Source of the DNA: Eledone cirrhosa
Taxonomy: Eukaryota
DNA: 64,000 nucleotides
Assembly: GCA_964016885.1 (NCBI GenBank)
Contig: OZ024741.1
Span: forward strand, 198,586,001 to 198,650,000
Direction: 5' to 3'
This document shows positions 53,570 through 64,000 of the stretch, piece after piece. Position 1 is the first letter of the stretch. Each line of letters begins with the position of its first letter. Position numbers and translations under genes: made by a program. The notes below the pieces were generated by a model. It saw only the letters and a list, made by a program, of their open reading frames with translations. It made no database searches and was not told the DNA's origin.

Positions 53570-53600
<31 letters not shown>

Positions 53601-53668
53601 TTCTTTCTCCTCGTGCAATGGCCATACTCGATAACGAGGGGGCAGCTATCATCATGTATGTATGTATG
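52165..53668 (+). mobile_element. 5'-truncated RTE (BovB-like) LINE with three C-terminal C2H2 fingers; frame open to 53346
   Basis: Y(V)DDCDLVA, VYLGS, YACETW, RLRWSGHLARM, three CxxC..H motifs, a 3' stem-loop and (ATGT)n. Confidence 0.9.
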
Positions 53669-53669
53669 A

Positions 53670-56600
53670 ATATATGTATATAAAGACAATGCTGGCTCGT
53701 ATATAAAACCCGCTACTTTACTGTGCTGGATATCTTGCACTCTGTTTGTCTCTGGGCTTCTTGGTATTGCTAATGAGAGTCGTTGTGGTGTTGTGCAAGC
53801 TGTACTCGACCTTGCTCGGGCATTGCTGACACTTAACTTCTTGTGTTCTTGATATTTGAAGTCCAGTAGTGATGGGAAGGCGGTGACACGTACAGATCTG
53901 ACGGGATGGAGGTACATAGCTGCCGACGTGCACACTAGCGGCCCTCGGTAGATACCTGTTAGAGGTTATACTCTGACCTGGATAGGTAGGAAACTTGAAG
54001 ATCGTAGGGAGATTCACCGTAGTCTCCATACTATGTGAGCTGCCCCGCTGTATTACTGACGGAATCATGGCACTCCGTCTCCATCTAAGTAGATATAGAT
54101 ACACTACCCTGATTATCATCTATGCACTTATCCTAATGTGTACTGAGTACGACAAGAACCTGTTTTACGTCCGAAATGTACTGCCATCTGTCCCAATTCG
54201 GACAAGATTATCCTTCTTGTTGACTTTGTAGTGACCTACACTCCGCGGGCTCACATACATTCTCTGTGCGTGATTTGGCTAAGCTCAGCCAATCAGCGCC
54301 AGTAGAAGAGAATGTGTCTCTACGCGCCCTGAGGGAAAAGTTCCCGCGTTGATTTGAAGAATCAGCCTCTCGCTTCCTGGCTGTGAAAAGGTAAACAACT
54401 AACTTTCTTTCGTCGTGAAATCATTAGCCAAGATGTAACACAACAACTTAACCACGGCCTGGCAACATTTCCGCCAGTAGACCGTGCCTCCTGAATTCAT
54501 TAATTCGTTGTTTCATCTCTCTTGGCATGTCAGCTATTCAGCTCTACTCAACTCAATCTTCGTAAATAAATATTGTACATACAACCCAGTGTCCTGTTAT
54601 AACTTCAATGCCAGAGTCGGTAAGGGTTAGAATTGCCTTGGGCAATTTGCTGTAGGTAATGCAAACGACGCGGTTTACTCCTCCTTAAACTGTTCACCGA
54701 GTTTAAGTTGTTTATTTCCAGCACACAATTCCAGCACAAAGGTAACCGTGTAACAACATGGAAGCACCCAAGAGCTAATCAATGGCACTTCTTCTTGGAC
54801 TACGTGATTGTCCGTAAGCAAGATGTTTGCAATGTCCGTTCTTTTCGTGATGCAGAATGCTGACAGACCTCGCCCTGGTTAGAGCGAAGATACGCTTGGC
54901 CATTAATCTACTCCGTCACGTAAGACAGTCAAGCTTCCCAAACGTCTTGATGTTGCTAAACTCCACTCCCCAGATACATAGGCCATCCTGCAAGATAGGC
55001 TCGGAACATTGACATATTCTAACATATGGAAGGGAACCCGAGATCAAATCTACAATGCCACTTAGGATGTAGATGGCATAGTTTTCTCCAAATCTTGGGA
55101 CTGGTTTTATGAAAATAACCAAGCAATAATTGCAATTCTTACCACCAAGAATAATATACGTAGCTGTCTCTTGCAGGAAAATCTATCAGAGCCATGGAGA
55201 AGACAACCAAACGAAGATTTTAAGCAAGCTAAGGCTGATGCACTGCTGTAACAGAGATGCAGGCTAAAAATAGCAAATAGCTACACAGCTTAATAAAGCA
55301 AAGTGATTAGACCTCGTGCGGCAAGAATCACACCTCTGAGGACAAAAGTTGGCTAGGGTGTACACACAACTATGGACAAAATCACCAGTCGATGGAGAGA
55401 ACACTTTTAAGAACTCCTGAACAGAGACTCTCATGTGGGTGCTACACTTTTAGATTCTATAGATCAGAAGCCCATAGTTTACGCAATGGATGCGCCATCC
55501 CCCCTGGAAGAGGTACGTAACTCCATTGCTAAACTAAATCTTGGAAAAGCAACTATTTAGATTTGGAGTGGAGAGATGCTATTATGATTCTTCTGTACAT
55601 GGGCAAATGTACCCGTGAACTTTGTAGAAACACAGGAGCATTGCCGGAAAGATCTTGTCTAGGATAATTCTATCCAGACTGAACTCCCATATCTGCGGCT
55701 TTAGAGCTAACAGGGGAACTACAGACATGATGTTTACAGCGCGCCAAATGCAAGAAACAGGACCAGTGCTTAAATCAGGTCTTTATCGATCTCACAAAGA
55801 CTTTTGATACGGTCAATAGAGAAGCACTCAAGGTCATTCTTGGAAAGCTGGGCTGTCTCCAACACTTCATCAACTTGGTCAAGTCCTTCCATGATGGAAG
55901 CTTCTGTCAATGTTGGAGGTATTATGTCTGAACAAATAAAAATAGAGAACAGTGTTAATCAAGGAAACTTGGGTGCACCGACTTTGTTTTCCATCTTCTT
56001 CTCTGTTGTTCTTATTGGCGCTTTCAAGAACTATAACCAAGGTGTGTATGTACGATATCACAGGGCAGGCAAACTTTTCGACATACGCCGCTTTGCAGCT
56101 AATTCGAAAGTTCTTCTGACTCTTGTCCATGATCTCCTCTACGCCGATGACTGCAACCTGGTTTCGCACACTGTCGGTGATATGCAGTGTTTCAATCAGT
56201 CTGGATAAAACGGTTGCCATGTTTCAACCAGCACTTTACCTATATCGGCAGTACGATAAACCATCATTGTTCCCTCGACGATCAAATATCTCTCCCACTT
56301 AAGAAAGCCACCGACGCCATTTCTGCTCATCATGACCGCGTGCAGTCTCTCATAAAGGCCTGGAAAAGAAAACGAAGATAGATGTCTATAATGCCTGTGT
56401 TCTTAAAAGCCTTTTTTACTCGTACGAGACCTGTGTGGTTTACAGGTAACATTGGAGTGCTTCCCCTTAAGGTTGGCATTCACTGGATCTTACATATTCC
56501 AGACACAGAGGCACTGAATCAAGCTGATACACTCAAAAGCTCATATACACAAGTACCGCGTTCGCTGAGCAAGCCATCTGATACAGTTGGGTGATAGTCA

Positions 56601-57137
56601 TATCCCCATACAGATGCTTTACGGAAAGCTGGCTGGAGGGAAAATGTCTCAGCAAAAACCTAAGAAGTGTTTCAAGGAATGTGTCAAAGACTCGCTATCC
56701 CAATTCGATCTCGATCATCACAATTGGAAATACAGGTTGGTGACAGAAACAAGTGGAGGAAACAAATATTCGAAGGATGTCGCACATTCCATGCAAAGTC
56801 AATAAGCTGGGCATAAACCAAAAAGAGTTGCCCGCACGGAAGAAGTAGACCTAGCTGTTCCTTAATTTGTTTGCCATGAGTTTGGTCGAATATGTTTGTC
56901 AAACGCAGGACTCCAACGCCATCTCAGGAGTCACATAGACCACCCGACAGCAGATTATGCTTATTTTTACCGACAGGCCGAAAACACGGATTTAGTTTCC
57001 AGGTCTTGCAGCAAACTCTGTAAGTCTTCCACCGACTTCAAAAGTCACTGTCTGTCTCACGTTAGGAACAATGAAGTATAAGTCAACCTGTCAGAGATGG
57101 TCATGCTCGTCTAACGAGTAGACAGCCATCATGTATG
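53670..57137 (+). mobile_element. heavily decayed, near full-length RTE LINE
   Basis: APE remnant LDYVIVR, GFRANRGTTDM, FIDLTKTFDTV, DLLYADDCNLV, C2H2 remnants, a 3' stem-loop and an ATGT tail. Confidence 0.8.
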
Positions 57138-57451
57138 TTATTTAGTAATACCACCACTCAATGCTACTACTTATACGGAGTGACACTAATAGAAAGTGTG
57201 TTCTTCTCACGGTATCACTGTGTTATATGTTGCTAGACAGCAGAGTGTTTACATTATGCATGAGAGAATGATGTTTCACTTTTAAATATTTTTATTCATT
57301 ATCGAACATAACATGTTTCACGGATGATCGGTTTTAGTTCTTAATCGATATGGAATCAGAGCCGATCATCTACGACACATGCGTTACGTTCGAAAATGAA
57401 TTTAAAAAAAACATGTTAAAATGAAACATCTCTCTCTCTCTCCACACACAC

Positions 57452-57561
<110 letters not shown>

Positions 57562-57651
57562 GGTAAACGGAAATAACAAAAATAACAAAACAAACGGCAC
57601 AGTACATGGAAGTAATATATCAATTTAACGCTTGAAATAACAAGAAAAGAG

Positions 57652-57687
57652 TCTTAACGTTTCGGACACTAATCCTTCATCAGAAGA
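57652..57687 (-). ncRNA. minimal hammerhead ribozyme in a short repeat (57557-57790)
   Basis: TCTT-CTGATGA-A-GGA/ttagtg/TCC-GAAA-CG-TT-AAGA: intact core, palindromic AACGTT, stem I TCTT/AAGA. Confidence 0.65.
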
Positions 57688-57798
57688 TAGAATTAGAAAT
57701 AGAAGATAAATAGAAAGTAAAAAGTGATAAGAGGAAGGAACGGGGAAAATGAGGAGAAAAACAAGTGTGTATCCAGTCGGCTATCTTAGAGAATTAGT

Positions 57799-57867
<69 letters not shown>

Positions 57868-58064
57868 TAAAATAACAGATTAAAGTTTAAACAAAGAATC
57901 GCTGCTTTCACCCTTAACGGGATCTTCTGAAACTAACAAAGTCAATCTGTGAACGTAGAAATGAGTATTTCAAAAAACGTTGCAACCGGAGGAAGACAGG
58001 AAGACGATACTTTTGTTCGTGGAGACGTTCCCTGGCAAAGAACGGGAAAAAACGAATATAATAC

Positions 58065-58134
58065 GGGGTTGATAAAATAAAGTACCAGTAATGCACTGGG
58101 ATAATTGCTGGCCTTGTGCCAAAAGTAGAAACAA
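58065..58134 (+). mobile_element. SINE 3' fragment inserted into one pseudo-LTR copy
   Basis: Present in the left copy and absent at the equivalent site (about 60570) of the inverted copy. Confidence 0.85.
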
Positions 58135-58927
58135 TTATTTGGAGCGGTGAAAAACAATTACACGCAAAGACAAAACCACGTTTATGGTGTAAAAGAAGTC
58201 GTAGACTAATATTCTATTAGGTGGTTCATAGAGACGTTCTCTGGAAATGAACGGAAAAAACGAAGATAATACGTCATATGTGGATCGTGAAGAACAATTG
58301 CACGCAAAGACAAAACCACGTAAATGGTATAACTGAAGTCGTAGACTGAAATTCTAACTAGGAAACCGAATGATTCTCGGCTTCAGAGTTCAGAATAAAG
58401 TAAATAAAATACAGAGGTAATTGAAATTAAATAAATACATACACGCATCCATATACGTACATACACAAGCATACGCGAAAACACTCGCCATAGGTATACA
58501 AATACACGCACATATATATATATGTGTGTGTGTGTGCGTGTATACAGATAATTAAATAAACGTATATAAATAAATAAATACGTATATAACAAGCGCACAC
58601 ACATACCTACATGTAAATACACACATGTTCGGAGACGTACGTCAACCAAAACACGAAGTACACATATACACACACCCTACATACGTACGAACCCGCATAC
58701 TCACATAGACGCAAAACTCACGTATACACATAACCAAAAGCATATGTACCAGAATATATAAAATATACGCCATAACATATACAATCAAATATACGCACGA
58801 GAAAGTATACGTACCTTCACAAAACATACAGGTAATATATACTTACCTATACAAATAAGTAATAGTATAAACATAACATATACTTAGCTACCACATCAAG
58901 ACGTAAAATATCCGCGTATAGATCGTA

Positions 58928-60440
58928 CTATCCGTTAGGGTATAATGTGGGGCTGTAATACAGGAAAGTTTTGTGCAATTTATGTTTACAAGCCGAAATT
59001 GCCTCAGATTTTTTGTTTAAGATGTGGTCTGTGGCGTAGAGTATTTCCAGGGCCTCAGCGGCGCAGAGGTTACATGGTCTTTTATTTCCGTTATACGATC
59101 TAGCCCTAGCTAGGATCTCCCAGTGTAACTTATATTGGGTGTGGTTGTCTTTTAGACTCCAAATATAAGCTGAAAGTGACGTCATATTCCTTCTTAGAGG
59201 GTAACGAAAAGAATGGGTATGCATGTAAAGACGCTGCTTGAATCTGTTGGCGGTTAACCCTATGTAGGCCCTACCGGACGTGGGTGTTTCAACCTTACAT
59301 TTGTAGACAATGTTACTAGAGAGGCATTTCCCGGATAGGAGGCAGTCAACCCGATTCCTACAATTACAGTTAGTACTAACTACAGGGTTGCACGTGTTCC
59401 TACGGCTAGGTAGTTTAGCTAAATTTGAAGCTGTGATGTTATGTGCAAGGTTAGGAGTCGTAGAGTAAGAAATTTTAATAGTATTTCTATAAAAAATTTT
59501 ACTATATTTATGTGTAGGGGGAAAATGCTTCGTAATAAGGGAGAGAAAAATCTTAGCTAATGTTGTGGCCACCTCTATATTATACGGTGGGTTATACCAT
59601 ATAATGCGTCGGGATCTATTTCTTCTAGGTCTATTCTCGTACTCTGTATATACTACCTTATCGACAAATCCACTCTGGGAAAGAGCTTCATTGTAATATG
59701 TGGAATGGTCGTTGAAAATATGCTCGTTAGTAGATAGACGGGAAAGCCTCAAAGAAACGTTTCTTACCAGGTTCTTGGTTATGCTGGCAGGATGGTTAGA
59801 ATGCTTACTTATGTAATTAAGCGTATCATTCGGCTTTCTATACGGGTAATACAAGCTATTCGATAAATTGAGGGTAACGTCGAGGTAATTAACGACCGAG
59901 AGGCTGGCCTCAACCTGTATAGAGAGGTTGAAGCCTTTAAAGAAGGCTGTGAGTTCTTTTCTGAACCTGTCGCAAGCACGTGGGCCGCACTTAGTCATGG
60001 TCAAAAGACCATCATCACGGTACAAACCACCGCCCACGTTGGGGAATTCGTCCTTGATAGAGAAAAGAAGGAAAAGGCCGATAAGATCAGTAACCTCCGC
60101 AGAATCGCTGGCGCCCATATTCACGTCGAATGGGGTACTATTAGATTTTTTAATCCAAATAGTGTCGTCGAAATTAATCACCGACTTACGGGCATTGAAG
60201 ATGACATCAACTTCGAAATCCTTAACCACTGTGAGTGTTTTAGCGAAATTGATAGCGCTAAGGTGAAGTAGTAATTATTGATGTCGAATTGGATAAAACG
60301 GCAATGTTCCTTGTTGCAGATGCCGTTGAATTAATCAATCACCGCGAAAGAATTGTTCCACAGTGCAAGAGGGGCCAAACTTCTAATTTCAGGTATAATT
60401 CTATCAAGAATCCTTTTACTAAGTTTACCTAAATCGGACC
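58928..60440 (-). pseudogene. PLE reverse transcriptase plus GIY-YIG endonuclease (433 aa open, N-terminal part disrupted)
   Basis: FIQFDI upstream with a stop and frameshift; MGASDSAEV, LYRDDGL, YLDVTL, CNCRNRVDC, IVYKC..AYIGLT..R, CNLCAAE, CKH. Confidence 0.9.
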
Positions 60441-60862
60441 TTCGTTTTTCCATTCATTTCCAGAGAACGTCTCTGTGAACCACCTAATAGAATATTAGTC
60501 TACGACTTCTTTTATACCATAAACGTGGTTTTGTCTTTCGGTGTAATTGTTTTTCACCGCTCCAAATAATGACGTATTATATTCGTTTTTCCCCGTTCTT
60601 TGCCAGGGAACGTCTCCACGAACAAAAGTATCGTCTTCCTGTCTTCCTCCGGTTGCAACGTTTTTTTTAAATATTCACTTCTGCGTTCACAGATTGACTT
60701 TGTTAGTTTCAGAAGATCCCGTTAAGGGTGAAAGCAGCGATTCTTTGTTTAAACTTTAATCCGTTATTTTAATAAATATTTGGTCTACGGTTCTTATATA
60801 TTTGATATATATTTATCCTTATCGAGCCCTCTGTGGATTTTAGTCTTCAAATTTATTATTAT

Positions 60863-60933
<71 letters not shown>

Positions 60934-60936
60934 CAC

Positions 60937-60967
<31 letters not shown>

Positions 60968-60972
60968 CATAC

Positions 60973-61055
<83 letters not shown>

Positions 61056-61094
61056 ACCCATGTGCAACCACGCAGCACTCAATTCTTCTCATGT

Positions 61095-61136
<42 letters not shown>

Positions 61137-61856
61137 CAGTTTCTCTTTAATCAATTCTTTACCACCGTGTTCATTTGTGCATGGAGGCAATGGGCCTGTA
61201 GAATTTCAACAGCAGACGTTTACATTACTGCATTAAAATATCATTTTCAAATAAAAAAAAATTCCTTGTGTGATTACTCATTTTAGATACTTCTCTTTAT
61301 TCCAAAGTAAACATTTAAAAACCTCTTCCGTTCGTGTAGAAGAAATGAACAAATAACATATGGCAAAAGTTAGATAGGTGTGCAAGGATTCCTTTCACTT
61401 TAAATTAACAACTAGCCTTTCGTAGTTTAGTTTAGTTTTAATCCAAATGTTTCGAGGTATTGAAATAAAACATTTTGAATATGAATAAAATACAAAATTA
61501 AATAATCTTAACACCTTTGACATCTTTGGGAAAATACAGAAAACGAAAAGGAGCTTACCTTGATGTCTAATTTAGGTCAGCAAATTTGGGGGAAGGGCAA
61601 AGTTGATTAGCTAGACCCAGTACTTGACTGGTACTATATTTTATCGACTCCAGAAAGTTGAAAGACAAAGTTGACTAGTGGGGTTGGAACTCAGAATGTA
61701 AAGAGCCAGAGCAAATACCGCAATGGTATTTTATCCAACGTCATGCCAATTCTGCCAATCCACCACCATTAAAAGTGGATAGAGGCGCCAGCGAGGAATC
61801 GAACTGCGCACCTCGCAGATGCCAGCGAATGCCTTAACCAAAACGCTAAAGAGCAG

Positions 61857-62031
61857 ATGTCCACCTTTGAAGGATATGCTTTTGCAATCCAAGATCAGGA
61901 AATCAATACGAAATACCTGATTCACAAAAGAGATAGGGATGCAGGCAAAACACCTAGATGTGACAACAAATGCAAACTCTGCAGAATTAACATCGAAGAT
62001 GTCACCCATATCATAAGCAGCTGTCCAAAGA
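61857..62031 (+). mobile_element. small R4/Dong-like fragment truncated by an LTR
   Basis: FEGYAFAIQDQEINTKY...CKLCRINIEDVTHIISSCPK matches about 46120-46292. Confidence 0.85.
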
Positions 62032-64000
62032 TGTTATAGCGAGATTACTGGTTGTATGAATGTAACAAAACGAGACAATGTTTGTGTATATAATATTTAA
62101 TTAACGGTAGATAGAATACTTGACATGTCAAAGATAGATGTTAGAATGAAACAAAGTTAGTAGTTACCGTTTTGATTGCCAGGCAAACGCGGCTGGCAGA
62201 GGGCGCCTGGCTAAGGCCAGGCGCCTGTTGGCCAAATTAATGGCAGAGCCAAATGAGAAGACTCTTGACCTGGTGCCGAAAAGGCAAAGAGAGGAAGGAA
62301 GCTTAAAGTTGTTAGTTTTATAGGGCTCTGACCGGAAGTTGCAGAAAGGGTTCCACTTCCCGTCTAGATCCCAATCAAAACAAGGGAGACAACCGCTACA
62401 TAACCTCCCGCCAGAATTTTAGTGTATAAAAATCGAAATGAAAATATGTAGCAAGTTGGCGAGAATGTTGTAACAGGCATGAAATCTACGACAAAAGAAT
62501 GTTTGGAAAAATCAATGATAGATATCAAGGTAGCCAACCGCTCTTGGCCAGAGAACGACTGGACATCCATCTATCCATCACCCAAAGATACAATGTAATA
62601 AAGTAAAAGTAATAGAAGAGCTCAAAGTTCAAAATATAGTTCACAGGTGTGCAATCACATGACAGCAGGAAAGAAAGTGTGTTCCAGAGAATGAATGCAG
62701 GTGGTTTCTGTTCTGTGGTATATCGTGAAATTTCCAACCTCCGAATGGATTTTCTCACAGGAAGAGTGCTGCAAAAATGAATTCTCTGGCTTTGGTGAAG
62801 CTGTATTGATGCATCGCTGTTGCTGTTATATTGCTGTTGCTGCTGCTGTTGTCTCGCCGAGTGAGCGTATTCGGTGTTTAAATTCACAGTAAAAAAAATT
62901 TTTTTTTAGAAAAAAATGAGTTGCGCAAAGTGCTAGAAATAGCAGCCGAAGTTGATGGTCGATGTTGAGAATGCGTTGACCTGGAAGGGTCAAGAGGCCA
63001 GCGACCAGAGAAATAAGCATTCTTAATAAATGCGCGGTTATCAACGGTAAATTTACATTGTAAATTTATAAACCGGCAAATAGAAGAATATAGCTTAAGG
63101 CTGAAGAATCCTTGGGGGAGAAATGCTATCTCTGGCGTGCGGCTGTCTGTGAGTAGAGACATCTCAGTGAATCGAGAATTTATGCTGCCTACACGTGCCA
63201 ATACAAGGTTGAAAAAAAATATTTCTAACGCGCGAGAAAATGATAGTGCAATTTTGAAAGTGACAATGATGAAAAAGAAAGGCTTCAATCAGCATAATTA
63301 TAGGTGTGAACTTTGGAAAAAAACAAAAAACTTGAACGATGAAGAAAACGATGAACAAAAGGCAATGGTTCATCGAAAATAAATGTTCCTGTTGAAATGT
63401 TTTTTAAAGAATATCAAATTTCTTTTTTTTTTTTTGTGTTTTGAAAGAGTTCGTTGTAAGAAACGAGAAACATATATATATATCGTGAAATGTTTTTTTT
63501 TGTTTTGAAAGTGTTCGTTGTAAGAAACGAGAAACATATATATATATATTGGTGAAATGCGACAGTTAATTGATGCGTGAGAGAAAAAGTATGTCTGTGC
63601 GAATTCCACATGTGCGTGTGTGCGTGTCCTTGAGTATTTTCATAGTTTGTCGCTAAATTTGCTGTGTATTCGTAATGTTACTCACAAAACCAGATGTGCT
63701 ATTTTTTTCTTTTTTTGGGGGGGTGACCCTTATAGCGATGAACGGCTACGTGTTCGTATCACGTCGGGGTCACCAATATGGCGAGATTACTGGTTGTCTG
63801 AATGTAACAAAACGAGACAATGTTTGTGTATATAATATTTAATTAACGGTAGATAGAATACTTGACATGTCAAAGATAGATGTTAGAATGAAACAAAGTT
63901 AGTAGTTACCGTTTTGATTGCCAGGCAAACGCGGCTGGCAGAGGGCGCCTGGCTAAGGCCAGGCGCCTGTTGGCCAAATTAATGGCAGAGCCAAATGAGA
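62032..64000 (-). mobile_element. non-autonomous LTR element (tRNA-Trp PBS); 5' LTR runs off the window
   Basis: LTR 62032-62400 (TGT...ACA) is repeated from about 63777. PPT-like TGGCGGGAGG at 62404-62413 (-); PBS at 63758-63775; no recognisable internal ORF. Confidence 0.85.

Larger units (their letters stand above)
57860..60864 (-). mobile_element. Penelope-like element, 5'-truncated, with an inverted pseudo-LTR
   Basis: RT plus GIY-YIG ORF. 60440-60779 is an inverted copy of 57860-58265. (TA)n on both flanks. Confidence 0.92.

Overview
AT-rich eukaryotic (animal) DNA made almost entirely of transposable elements and simple repeats. The repeat complement looks like a cephalopod (octopus-type) genome; this is an inference from repeat style. 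No host protein-coding gene is confidently recognisable, only weak minus-strand exon candidates. Contents: several RTE-clade LINEs (two carry a PHD finger inside the RT, others have C-terminal C2H2 fingers and (ATGT)n tails); CRE-like fragments; a decayed Gypsy LTR element with an intact -1 frameshift/pseudoknot signal, nested in a non-autonomous tRNA-Trp-primed LTR element; two tail-to-tail R4/Dong-like RLE LINEs sitting in (TACA)n and sharing the same lesions; three Penelope-like (GIY-YIG) insertions, one a 1.6-kb near-perfect palindrome with a minimal hammerhead ribozyme in each arm; small dispersed hammerhead-bearing repeats; a second non-autonomous LTR element whose PBS extends through tRNA position 58; many tRNA-derived SINEs and MITEs; and a 3.4-kb compound microsatellite. 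All family names come from motif recognition by eye. No database search was run, and most element boundaries are approximate.
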